A stretch of 14,354 nt of DNA from Bdellovibrionales bacterium (lineage in GTDB: Bacteria; Bdellovibrionota; Bdellovibrionia; Bdellovibrionales; JAMPXM01): positions 1-14,354 of the forward strand of contig JAYUEN010000265.1 of assembly GCA_043739185.1 (NCBI GenBank), in the 5' to 3' direction. Position 1 is the stretch's first letter; the number at the start of each line of letters is the position of its first letter. Shown here in pieces: positions 5,732 through 14,354 of the stretch. Below the pieces are notes generated by a model, which was not told the origin of the DNA, searched no databases, and saw only the letters and a program-made list of their open reading frames with translations. A program made the translations under genes and the position numbers.

Positions 5732-8700
5732 CAAAACCCCGAGGCCCATGAAACATAAACCACAGTTCCAATTCGCATAAATGTATAAATGGTGTGAGTA
5801 TTAGCCGATCTTGCAGCATTAACTGGGCGATAGCGATAGCTGACGGTAGCGGCATCTTTGCCAGTGGTAGTAGTTGAGAAATCACACATACTAGTCCCGG
5901 TATCTGTGACCGCCAAATTATAAGTTCCGCCATCCATTAAATTAGCAAAGCTAACAAGTCCTGCGCAAGAATAATCAGTAGATATTGAGTTCCCGTTGTC
6001 CCAATCAATTGCTGAAGTGCCTCCGGAAATGGTTTGTGATCCCGTTCCCAATTGCCCGGTTACCTTTACTCTTCCTGCAACCTCAAGTTTGGAGCCTGGA
6101 TTTGAAGTACCAATTCCGATATTTCCACCGGAAGGGGCGATGTAGATGTTCCCTTTGGTACCGTTGGAGGTGGAATCTAAGGTTAGATTTCCGCTCGCTG
6201 AGTAAGTCCCGAATAGCGTGTTGTGAAAGGCGCGTCCGGACCCGTCGACGCCTCCCAAGTAGGATCCTGCGGTTGAGTAGAGCCCTATCAACTCTTGTCC
6301 TCCGCCCGTTGCAATCAGCAGCTGCGTTCGAGCTGTCGTAGGCCATATATTTACGTTGGCGGGAATCGAGCCGAAAGAGGTCTGCATGTTGGCTGCGTTT
6401 CCGAGTACGATTTTACCAGCGCCGCCAGTACCATTCCCTGATCCAGGCAATAGCTGGATGTTTCCGCCGTTCGTGTTGCCCGTTCCTCCAGATTGTGAAG
6501 TCATTTGAATATTTGAACCGGCGGTGGAAGCCGCGGCTGTTCCGCCTTGAACATCAAGCGTGCCTCCTGGTGTGTTCGTTCCAATACCGACGTTTCCGGT
6601 TGGATCTATTGTCATACGAGTGGGCGGTGCCCCGCCGACACTGCTCGTCTTGAAGTGAAGTCCGCCCATACCATAAAGAGACGTGGATGATATATAGTGG
6701 GTGATTGCCGCACCCGCGTTTCCGGCGCCAGGAGAATCGCCAAAGAAAATTCCATTCTCGCCACCAACGCTTGTTGGGACTCTGAGATACATATTGGCTC
6801 CGGACGTTCCAGCTCCGCTCGCGTCAGTCAAACTTGTCTGTGAACCGTTGATCGAGACAATCGGACCACCAGCATTATTTCCGTTTACAACGAACATCGC
6901 ATTGCTGGCGTTATCAAAGAGGGACCAAACCGGCCGCCCATAGCCATCGTCATTGAAAGAAAAAATTTTGCTTCCACTTGAATTCGTTGCATCTTGATAA
7001 ACTCCTGAAACTGCACTTATCTTGGTTGAAAGCAATGCCGACGGTGAGCTCGTACCAATACCGACGTTGCCGCTAGATAAAATCGTCGTTTTTGCCGAAT
7101 CGCTAGGGCCAATCATCAATGATGAGGCAATATTGTTAGTAATGCCTTTGCCAATTGCGACCGAATTTGCGGCCCCTGTGGTGTTATTGCTATTACCAAT
7201 TGCAACTGAGCCGCCTTCGACTGTATTAGAAATTCCAAACGCAATTCCTTGATCACCATTTGAGGGATTAATTGCATTTGAAATCCCCATGAGGACAGTG
7301 GCATCCCCTTGGCCTAAGTTATTGTTTCTTCCTACGCCAAGAGAATTACTATAGCCAACTGTATTGCCAATTCCGATATTTATGCCATTTGTCTCGCCGT
7401 AATTTGAGCCACCAAACCGAATGATTCCGGTTCCAATTCCAGTGATGCCATTGACTGTTAAAAGATTTGACGGAGAATTGGTTCCTATGCCGACGTTTCC
7501 CGAGTTCACTATTAGTCCATATCCTGTCGCGCTTGTAAAATATCCTGCTGTTCCCGAAGTGGAGGCTCCATAAACTCCATATCCCCCCACCGCATTTGTT
7601 GATTCGCCACGAACGCCATTGCTGCCCGACCCCGAATTAATTCCAGCCAAAGCATAGCTACCGCCAGCCTTACTATAAGTTGACTTAAGTGCATAGGTTC
7701 CTGAAGTTCCTACAACCTCAAGACTTGCTCCTGGGCTGGTTGTACCAATACCAACATTGCCGCCTGCAGAATTCAAAAGGACAAATCCCTTTGTGGCGTT
7801 TGAAGTACCATCAATTTTTACATTGCCACCAGCAGAATATGAGCCATAAATTTGCGGTGCAAGAACATAAGTTCCCGCCGAAATCGCAGTCGAAGCATTT
7901 ATCGACGCTCCAGAAAAAATGTCGCCAGTAGAACCAATTCCGCCCATAACAACTAATGCTCCGGTCGTACTACTAATTGAGGAAGTATTAGAGCTAATCG
8001 TTACCGACCCAGTATTTGAAATCGGCGAAAGAGTAATATTACCACTTGGGTTTGAAATGCTCGTAATATTAGTTAAATTAGGAGTAATGCTTGCGATCGT
8101 TCTGCGAGCAGCACTTGAGTCAGTAAAGTAAAGTGATGTTCCGTCATATTCGATCGCACCTGGTTCTGGAGTTGTTAGATTGCTACCAGCAGTTAATTTC
8201 AAAGGAGCGCTTCCCGCTGTAATATCTCCAGCTTTTATATGAAAAAAAGCTGATGGCGTAGTCCCAACCCCAACATTACCGACAGTAGCTCCTAAAATAA
8301 TATTTCCGTAATTGAAACCTGTGCCCGCATTGATCAAGACGTTTCCGCCGGAGCCGCCTACACTACGTCCATTACCTGCAATCAATGAAAGATCTCCGCC
8401 ACCAAAAGGTACGCCTGTTGTTGCCGAACCACTTTTTATAGTTAATGAATCACCATTTGTAGCAGCTGCTGCATTACTAACAGCTATTGTCCTCGCAGCC
8501 CCTTTAGACAAAGTAATATCACCGGTCACCTCTAATTGAGAGCTTGGATTCACATTTCCGACACCGACATTGCCACCCATGAAAGTCGCAGCATAACCAG
8601 CGCCCGATTGAGTAACTGCCAAAGCAGGTGAAGCGCTATTTGAATTATTTATGAGTGGTCCGGTCATGGTACCGCCACTGAGCTTGAGGTTTTGAGCTCC

Positions 8701-10680
8701 GCTAGTTGCCACTACTGAATCAACATATTGTTTGGTTGAGGCTCCAAGGGCAGCCGAAGGATCAGCTGATAATAATAAGAGGCCAGACATGGTGTCGCCA
8801 GACTTCATCACCTTAGTACTATCAGGTGGAATTGACGCCCAGGTTGGAGCTAGGCCTACTCCAGCAGACATCAAAACGTAATTGATTGGACCACCAGGAA
8901 GCGAAGTTAAATCTGCACTCGAGTTTGAGAAAATAATTTCGCCCTTGCCGAACGGCGCAAGTGCCGTGCCTGTTCCGCCTCGATTGAATGGAAGTAATCC
9001 AGTTGTAATTTGAGTGGCACCTAGGTTTGTGAGTTGCGAACCATCAACTGCTGGTAATTTTGCTGTGGCACTTAATTTTACGATCTGGTTATTACCAGTG
9101 CCTGAATTCAAAGTAAGAACTGGAGTCGTAGTGCTCGATGAAACATTGATGTCTGTGTTTGAAGAGCTTACATTTGTAACTGTACCGGTGGCTGGAGTGA
9201 AATACTCCCATGCGGGAGTTGCATTATTCCAACGCAAAGCTTGGCCATTTTGACCAGCGGCAGGCGCTGCAGGTAAAGTTTTGCCAATTAAATTTGAATC
9301 AACATACTGCTTGGGTGCAGCTCCCATGGCCGCAACTGGATTTCCAGACAATAGTAAAAGACCAGTCATCGTATCGCCGGCTTTTGAAACTCTTGAATTG
9401 TCTGAACCTGCCGTCCAGCTTAAAATTCCAGCCCCATCAGTGGTCAATACTTGATTAGGAGAGCCTGCAGAATTGGGTAAGGTTAGGGTATAACTGGCTC
9501 CGCCTAAAGAAATATCATTAACAGTTTGCATTCCAACAAAGTTCGGTCCGGCACCTGAGTGATCAAATAGAAAAATACGTTTGCTTGAAATGTCCGAAGT
9601 CGTTTGTAAATTTCCTGAAGTATTTATTGAAGTGGAGCCTCCGATAGTTCCTGAATTGATGGCAGATCCCAAGACCTTTCCGGCCGAAGATAAAGTTGGA
9701 ATATCTGTTTGCAAAAGTGCACTGCCGGCGGAGACTCTTCCGTAAGCGTCAACTGTAACTTTAGGATAAGTACCAGCCGTTCCCAGCGTCGCAAGGTCGA
9801 GAGTTCCTGTCGTAGTTAGGGTGGCACCTGCGGTACCGTTCACACTTAGGTTAGAAGAAGTTGTGATTGATGTTACCCCGGCGGCGGTTGTTCCCAAGAC
9901 GTGGTTGGCAGTGCCATCTGAAAATACAAGTTGTTTACCTGTAGAATCGTACCAAATATCCCCGGCAATAGGAGACGCTGGTGCGCTCGGAAAGCTTGGC
10001 AATACGGCTCCGCCAGTTCCTTTTTGGACATAATTTCCTGCCAAAATAGGGGCCAGGTTTGCAAAAGCTGCCGCCGTAAATAGACTTTCTAAATTTGCTT
10101 GTGTAAGAACTTCACCGACCGGAACCGTCGTATTTGTATGTAGAATACTCGAACGATCAAGCCCCTGTACACTTTGAGCAACGATCGCACTCGGAACAGA
10201 ATCTAAGACCATATCAGGAGTTAATACATCTGGAGTGCCAGAAGACGGAATGACAGTAATACGAAAGTAGCGCGTATCACCAGCCGAAGGAGAATAGGTC
10301 GCGCTCACACAGGTTTTGCCTGGGGCATTGCTGGCAGGGATCGCCGAAATATTTTGAACGATATTCCCCATAGTTTGACCCGCATCGAGACCAGATCGCT
10401 TGGGATTTCCTGGCAAGGAACCAACTTGAATACTAAAAAATCCATTAGTAGAAATCGTATTTATATTTTGAGTTTCTTCGTACAGGACACATGTTTGAGA
10501 TGGATCAAGAATTTGCACATTTAACTTGGCTCCGCCATCAATCAAAGGAGTGTTGGAGCCGGCATGAAAGAGTTGACCATCCAAAGTGAAGCTTTGAGAT
10601 GCATCGTTTGCAGCTCTAGTCATAAGACTAAAGAGCAAAATATTTAATAATAATAAGAGCTTCATCAACTGTACATACAT
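5731..10680 (-). CDS. Large secreted mosaic phage-tail-fibre-like adhesin (MAT-like trimeric fibre), 1649 aa
   Basis: Signal peptide; N-terminal domain with CVLYEETQ; two 33-aa KxGDTMxG...KQYVDS tail-fibre repeats (9295-9393, 8716-8814); seven GN[VI]G[VI]G[TN] beta-repeat motifs; SVAIG YadA-head-like stretch; C-terminal IDWDNGN domain. Confidence 0.9.
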   Translation of the reverse strand: MYVQLMKLLLLLNILLFSLMTRAANDASQSFTLDGQLFHAGSNTPLIDGGAKLNVQILDPSQTCVLYEETQNINTISTNGFFSIQVGSLPGNPKRSGLDAGQTMGNIVQNISAIPASNAPGKTCVSATYSPSAGDTRYFRITVIPSSGTPDVLTPDMVLDSVPSAIVAQSVQGLDRSSILHTNTTVPVGEVLTQANLESLFTAAAFANLAPILAGNYVQKGTGGAVLPSFPSAPASPIAGDIWYDSTGKQLVFSDGTANHVLGTTAAGVTSITTSSNLSVNGTAGATLTTTGTLDLATLGTAGTYPKVTVDAYGRVSAGSALLQTDIPTLSSAGKVLGSAINSGTIGGSTSINTSGNLQTTSDISSKRIFLFDHSGAGPNFVGMQTVNDISLGGASYTLTLPNSAGSPNQVLTTDGAGILSWTAGSDNSRVSKAGDTMTGLLLLSGNPVAAMGAAPKQYVDSNLIGKTLPAAPAAGQNGQALRWNNATPAWEYFTPATGTVTNVSSSNTDINVSSSTTTPVLTLNSGTGNNQIVKLSATAKLPAVDGSQLTNLGATQITTGLLPFNRGGTGTALAPFGKGEIIFSNSSADLTSLPGGPINYVLMSAGVGLAPTWASIPPDSTKVMKSGDTMSGLLLLSADPSAALGASTKQYVDSVVATSGAQNLKLSGGTMTGPLINNSNSASPALAVTQSGAGYAATFMGGNVGVGNVNPSSQLEVTGDITLSKGAARTIAVSNAAAATNGDSLTIKSGSATTGVPFGGGDLSLIAGNGRSVGGSGGNVLINAGTGFNYGNIILGATVGNVGVGTTPSAFFHIKAGDITAGSAPLKLTAGSNLTTPEPGAIEYDGTSLYFTDSSAARRTIASITPNLTNITSISNPSGNITLSPISNTGSVTISSNTSSISSTTGALVVMGGIGSTGDIFSGASINASTAISAGTYVLAPQIYGSYSAGGNVKIDGTSNATKGFVLLNSAGGNVGIGTTSPGASLEVVGTSGTYALKSTYSKAGGSYALAGINSGSGSNGVRGESTNAVGGYGVYGASTSGTAGYFTSATGYGLIVNSGNVGIGTNSPSNLLTVNGITGIGTGIIRFGGSNYGETNGINIGIGNTVGYSNSLGVGRNNNLGQGDATVLMGISNAINPSNGDQGIAFGISNTVEGGSVAIGNSNNTTGAANSVAIGKGITNNIASSLMIGPSDSAKTTILSSGNVGIGTSSPSALLSTKISAVSGVYQDATNSSGSKIFSFNDDGYGRPVWSLFDNASNAMFVVNGNNAGGPIVSINGSQTSLTDASGAGTSGANMYLRVPTSVGGENGIFFGDSPGAGNAGAAITHYISSTSLYGMGGLHFKTSSVGGAPPTRMTIDPTGNVGIGTNTPGGTLDVQGGTAAASTAGSNIQMTSQSGGTGNTNGGNIQLLPGSGNGTGGAGKIVLGNAANMQTSFGSIPANVNIWPTTARTQLLIATGGGQELIGLYSTAGSYLGGVDGSGRAFHNTLFGTYSASGNLTLDSTSNGTKGNIYIAPSGGNIGIGTSNPGSKLEVAGRVKVTGQLGTGSQTISGGTSAIDWDNGNSISTDYSCAGLVSFANLMDGGTYNLAVTDTGTSMCDFSTTTTGKDAATVSYRYRPVNAARSANTHTIYTFMRIGTVVYVSWASGF

Positions 10681-10691
10681 GCTAGTTATAC

Positions 10692-10718
10692 TTATCGTCA
10701 GGTCTAGGTCTAGGCTAA
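10692..10718 (-). promoter_or_regulatory. Putative sigma28/FliA-type promoter for the fibre gene
   Basis: TTAG-N15-GACGATAA versus consensus TAAA-N15-GCCGATAA; the -10 ends 11 nt before ATG. Confidence 0.5.
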
Positions 10719-10845
10719 AGACGATAGATTGAACTCAACGATTTCAAAAAATTAATTTCAATTCGAAATGTTTCAAACTGATAAATTGAAACCGACATGA
10801 AGGAATCTGCTCTATTTTGAGATTAAATTTTTTTTGAATCCATTT

Positions 10846-12660
10846 TCAATTGAATTCAAATGCACAAAAGGTGACGTCGTCAATTAACTTTATTTTGTCA
10901 GAATAGGCTATAGATTCGTCTTTAACTATATTTACAAAATTTTCTAAATCTGTTCGCTCGTTCGTAGCGTGTACCAATGCCTTTATTAAACCACGTTCAT
11001 CCCACATTTTCTTTTCTTGATTTTCTAAATCCGTCAAGCCATCGGTGAATGCAAAAACAATATCTCCCGGAAATATGTCACAAACGGTTTCAGAATATCG
11101 ACAATTGAGAACGTGGCCCAGTCTCAGACCTTGTTCTTCAGCTAAAAGTGGAACTAAGTTACTTTTGGTAATTGGTTCACTCGATTTTCGAATGAGGTAG
11201 GGTGCCGAATGACTAGCGTTTGCATATGTTAACTTATTTAGTTCGGTATCAATGCTGGCGACAAAGAAGGTCAATTGAATTTGACCTTTTGACGACATAT
11301 ATATGGCGCGATTGAGCAGGGTCAAAAAACTAGCGGGGGTAATATTTGGCGTCATTTCAATTAAAGAAACCGCTGACCTTGCTGCGCTAGTTATCAAAGC
11401 CGCCGATGCGCCATGTCCTGTGGCATCACCAATACAGACAAAAACTTTATTTGAAGATTTAAAGTAATACCACCAATCGCCCCCACACTCACTAGCGGAC
11501 CTGTAGTAGCCACTAATTTTCACGCGATCAATCTGTGCATTATTGTCTGGAAAATACGTATCTTGCACAAGCTTTGCAGTTTCAAGTTCCTTTTCCATTC
11601 GCGCTTTTTCGACGTTGTCTTTCATTAGTGCCGAAACTTTAGTAACCATGGTATTAAAGTTTCGGGATAAGTTGCCAACTTCATCCGAACTTTCAATATT
11701 TAGATTGACTTCAAAGTTGCCGGCGGCAAGATCCGTAGTTGCTGAATCTAAAACACTTAACTGACTTGTAATTTTCTTTGAAAAGAAAATAGCAAGCATT
11801 GAAGTAAGAGAAATAAGTGCAATGAAAAATAAGGATGCTTTGAGCAGAAGCGTTTCAATTGCATTTAATGCTACATCCCGCGATATAGTTGAAATAGAAA
11901 TTAAATTGGACAATCCGACCTTTGAAAATGACACCAGACTCGGTACAGAGTTTATATTTGTCGTCTCTTCTGCCCCATCCGGAATTGAATCATTACTAAT
12001 TTTATTAAAGAACTTCCAGTCCTTTAATGAAATAACGGGACTATCAATTTTTGATTGCAACAAAACCTGTCCATTCGATCTTACAATAAAATTATCATAG
12101 TTCGAGGTCCTCTTAAGGAGATTTAACAATCCCTCCTCGTGATCTACTGAAGTTATAAAATAACTATCTGGATCACCTTCCATCAATACTTTTTGTGAAT
12201 AGATAAGAATATTTTGATCCGATTGAACCACTTTAAAAGAAAGAGTATCTTCAATGGCCTGGCGCTCAACTAGAATTTTATTTTGCTCAAGAGCTCGACT
12301 TTTTTCCTCGCTAAAATCAACTTTCTTCATTGTGGCTATGATTTCAAAAGTATTGCCGTCAAATTTACTTAAAATCACTTCATCTAGATTGTCGTCCCTG
12401 TCAAAAATGTTTTGTGCACTGGATTCAAAAATGCGCTTTGTAAAATCAAAGCTAGAGACAAATAGCGACATTTGGGCAGATCGCATATGGAGCTCTGTTT
12501 TAATTTGATTTGCAATACCTTTCGAATTAGCCAAGCTTGAATCGAAAATATAAGCGATTTTGTCTTCTTTGAATAGACTTACAGCCAGGGTGAGGACCGC
12601 TGCCAGTGAAAGGCCCGTAAGACTTAACATGACTATTAGGAGCTTGTAACGTAATGACAT
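10846..12660 (-). CDS. Membrane sensor Ser/Thr phosphatase: 2 TM, extracytoplasmic Cache-like region, HAMP, PP2C/SpoIIE (RsbU-like), 604 aa
   Basis: HAMP ...DEVGNLSRNFNTM; ELETAKLVQ linker; PP2C motifs GGDWW, IGDATGHG, FTDGLTD and DDVT all intact. Confidence 0.93.
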   Translation of the reverse strand: MSLRYKLLIVMLSLTGLSLAAVLTLAVSLFKEDKIAYIFDSSLANSKGIANQIKTELHMRSAQMSLFVSSFDFTKRIFESSAQNIFDRDDNLDEVILSKFDGNTFEIIATMKKVDFSEEKSRALEQNKILVERQAIEDTLSFKVVQSDQNILIYSQKVLMEGDPDSYFITSVDHEEGLLNLLKRTSNYDNFIVRSNGQVLLQSKIDSPVISLKDWKFFNKISNDSIPDGAEETTNINSVPSLVSFSKVGLSNLISISTISRDVALNAIETLLLKASLFFIALISLTSMLAIFFSKKITSQLSVLDSATTDLAAGNFEVNLNIESSDEVGNLSRNFNTMVTKVSALMKDNVEKARMEKELETAKLVQDTYFPDNNAQIDRVKISGYYRSASECGGDWWYYFKSSNKVFVCIGDATGHGASAALITSAARSAVSLIEMTPNITPASFLTLLNRAIYMSSKGQIQLTFFVASIDTELNKLTYANASHSAPYLIRKSSEPITKSNLVPLLAEEQGLRLGHVLNCRYSETVCDIFPGDIVFAFTDGLTDLENQEKKMWDERGLIKALVHATNERTDLENFVNIVKDESIAYSDKIKLIDDVTFCAFEFN

Positions 12661-12749
12661 TTGGCTCGAATTTATTAAAGTTGAAATCGATTCCTGATTA
12701 AAATTATCATGTCTTTAGTTTGGTTACAATAAGTGCCTGGATGCCTCGA

Positions 12750-12806
12750 CCATCGGCCCGATCATTTTAAATTTTTACCTCTAGAATTCTCATTATGAGC
12801 CGAAAA
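12750..12806. promoter_or_regulatory. Back-to-back putative sigma28/FliA-type promoters
   Basis: - strand TAAA-N16-GCCGATGG (12777-12750) toward the phosphatase; + strand TCTAG-N14-GCCGAAAA (12780-12806) toward the FecR-like gene. Confidence 0.45.
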
Positions 12807-12825
12807 GAAGATAGGTGAACTATCT

Positions 12826-14354
12826 ATGTTAGAGCTCAAAAACAAGCCAAAACGAAATCGCAGTGACATATTAATATTTCTGCTATTTACCTTTGCATTT
12901 GGTCTTTCGTTGTATTGCATTTATTTTGACGAAAGTGTTTTTGGATTGATTCAAGAAACAAAAATAAAAAATGTTCAGCCCATTGTTGGGGCAATGGACA
13001 TTTTGGTTCGTGATATCAGAAAAAAAGAGGCCACATCAGTGTTGTGGGAAAAGGCCCGGCACGGTGACCAGATTCGAATTGGCGATCGAGTTTTTACTGG
13101 CAAGGGCTCGAGCTTACGAGTCATTCTTGAACAAGGTGGCAATTTAGATCTTGGCGAAAACACAATGATTACTTTTTCATCGCTAAAAGGCAAGTCCGTG
13201 GCGAATTTGAGTTTTGGAAAAATGAAAGTAAACGTCGATGGCAGCGCTAAAATTGCAATCAACGGAAAAATTCAGACCATAAAGGGTAAACAGTCTCAAA
13301 TAGAAATTTCTGTTGATGCAAAACAAAAGCCGAAATTTCGCATTATTCATGGTGATGTTCAAGTCACCGCCGAACCAATAGAGATAGCAAAGACTCAATT
13401 GGTCGATGAAAAATCTATAATATTGCCGCCAAAAGCAGAAGAAATCGTAGTGAAGCCAAAACTCATTCCGATCTCCTCTCAACAAGAATATTTTTACACT
13501 GAACAATTAGAATATATTTATGAGAGCCGAGATCAAAAATTATTCTTAAGAGAAGAAAAACCAAATCAAGTCGCAGTTTCAATTCCGCTTCATTGGGGGA
13601 TAAAGGGCATCGTTCATCAAATGAGTGGTCAATTATCGAACAACCAAAATTTTGAAGCTCCGATGCAATCATTTGAGGCTGAAGCGGACTCTTACGAGCT
13701 CAAGCGCGCTTACCTGGGCGAAAATTATTGGCGCCTGATGGGCGCAGGGCTCGAATGGACTTTGCCATTAGAATTTAAAGTAACTTCAAGGCCCTTAAGT
13801 GTTTCGCCGCCAAAGCTCAAATTGACATCCTCAAAAGTATATTTGCTCTCAAATAGTGTCCCGATCCGCGCGCAAATTGAAACCAACGAAGAGCTAAAAA
13901 GTTTTATAGTTGAGATTTCAAGTTCGGCGGCTTTTAACAACTTTGAAACGCAAGTTCGCTTAAAACAAGAACCAAGTTTTAATTTTAATGCAAGTAAGGC
14001 TCAAGACTTCTTCATTCGATTAAGAGGAGTCAATGCGAAAAATGAAGTCACTGCATATTCGCCAATTCAAAAATTAGAGATTTTAGAGGCCCCAATGCCA
14101 ACTCCTCCTAAGCTTGCTTCTAAGTCTTACAAACTCTATGTCGATCAAGTACTAGATATCGAATGGGACAGTTCAAAAAATGCTAAAGAATACGAGATCA
14201 GTGTCGTCAATAAAACTGGACAAATTGTTGAAAGTCGGAGCACTAGCGGTAATAAGAATCAATTTAATATTGCCACTCCTGGCGAATACCAAATCGCAAT
14301 AAATGCAATTGATCGCTTCGGGCGCAAAAGTGCGAGTAGTTTTGCAAAGCTAAT
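12826..14354 (+). CDS. FecR-domain membrane-anchored protein with FN3/Ig-like repeats, 3' end outside window (>=509 codons)
   Basis: Not in ORF track. AGGTGA SD 7 nt before ATG 12826; MLELKNKPKRNRSD-ILIFLLFTFAFGLSLYCIYF (TM); FecR-like IRIGDRVFTGKGS...LDLGENT; FN3-like IEWDSSKNAKEYEISV...GEYQIAINAIDRFG; no stop to the window end. Confidence 0.88.
   Translation, partial: MLELKNKPKRNRSDILIFLLFTFAFGLSLYCIYFDESVFGLIQETKIKNVQPIVGAMDILVRDIRKKEATSVLWEKARHGDQIRIGDRVFTGKGSSLRVILEQGGNLDLGENTMITFSSLKGKSVANLSFGKMKVNVDGSAKIAINGKIQTIKGKQSQIEISVDAKQKPKFRIIHGDVQVTAEPIEIAKTQLVDEKSIILPPKAEEIVVKPKLIPISSQQEYFYTEQLEYIYESRDQKLFLREEKPNQVAVSIPLHWGIKGIVHQMSGQLSNNQNFEAPMQSFEAEADSYELKRAYLGENYWRLMGAGLEWTLPLEFKVTSRPLSVSPPKLKLTSSKVYLLSNSVPIRAQIETNEELKSFIVEISSSAAFNNFETQVRLKQEPSFNFNASKAQDFFIRLRGVNAKNEVTAYSPIQKLEILEAPMPTPPKLASKSYKLYVDQVLDIEWDSSKNAKEYEISVVNKTGQIVESRSTSGNKNQFNIATPGEYQIAINAIDRFGRKSASSFAKL

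Noticed and set aside
5732..5749. ORF-track start 5749 for the Ig-like gene
   Set aside because: ATG 5731 gives a TGATG overlap and a clean signal peptide.
5697..10064. Short alternative-frame and antisense ORFs inside the fibre gene (e.g. 5985-6341, 6083-6346, 6701-6943, 7022-7252, 9014-9253)
   Set aside because: Shadows of a long coding frame with no recognisable domains.
5731..10680. Prophage, shufflon or diversity-generating retroelement acting on the fibre
   Set aside because: Fibre has a Sec signal peptide and no phage neighbours; no silent alternative C-terminal cassettes, reverse transcriptase or near-identical template repeat seen; GNVGIGT repeats are diverged at DNA level.
1..14354. 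CRISPR array, tRNA/rRNA, IS element
   Set aside because: No regularly spaced direct repeats, recognisable RNA gene motifs or transposase seen by eye.

Overview
AT-rich bacterial window whose gene families suggest a Bdellovibrionota-like organism (inference from gene content only). It holds ten well-supported CDSs. Two run off the window edges and are absent from the ORF track: a >610-aa putative lipoprotein (<1-1839, -) and a FecR/FN3-like membrane protein (12826->14354, +). Between them: a membrane-anchored HTH/coiled-coil protein divergent from a 178-aa catalytic-domain-only tyrosine recombinase, separated by a palindrome-rich spacer with an 11-6-11 candidate crossover site; two tandem paralogous small secreted proteins; a STAS + Zn-ribbon protein; a 1649-aa mosaic phage-tail-fibre-like surface protein coupled to a small Ig-like protein; and a HAMP-PP2C (SpoIIE-type) phosphatase. 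Best leads: (1) the minimal recombinase / membrane HTH / candidate site module; (2) a duplicated promoter architecture resembling sigma54 plus enhancer but with GG-N8-GC instead of GG-N10-GC; (3) a 10-bp inverted repeat bracketing one paralogue and its promoter (possible invertible switch, statistically weak); (4) a GC-shifted module within the fibre gene. No RNA genes, CRISPR array or IS were recognised.
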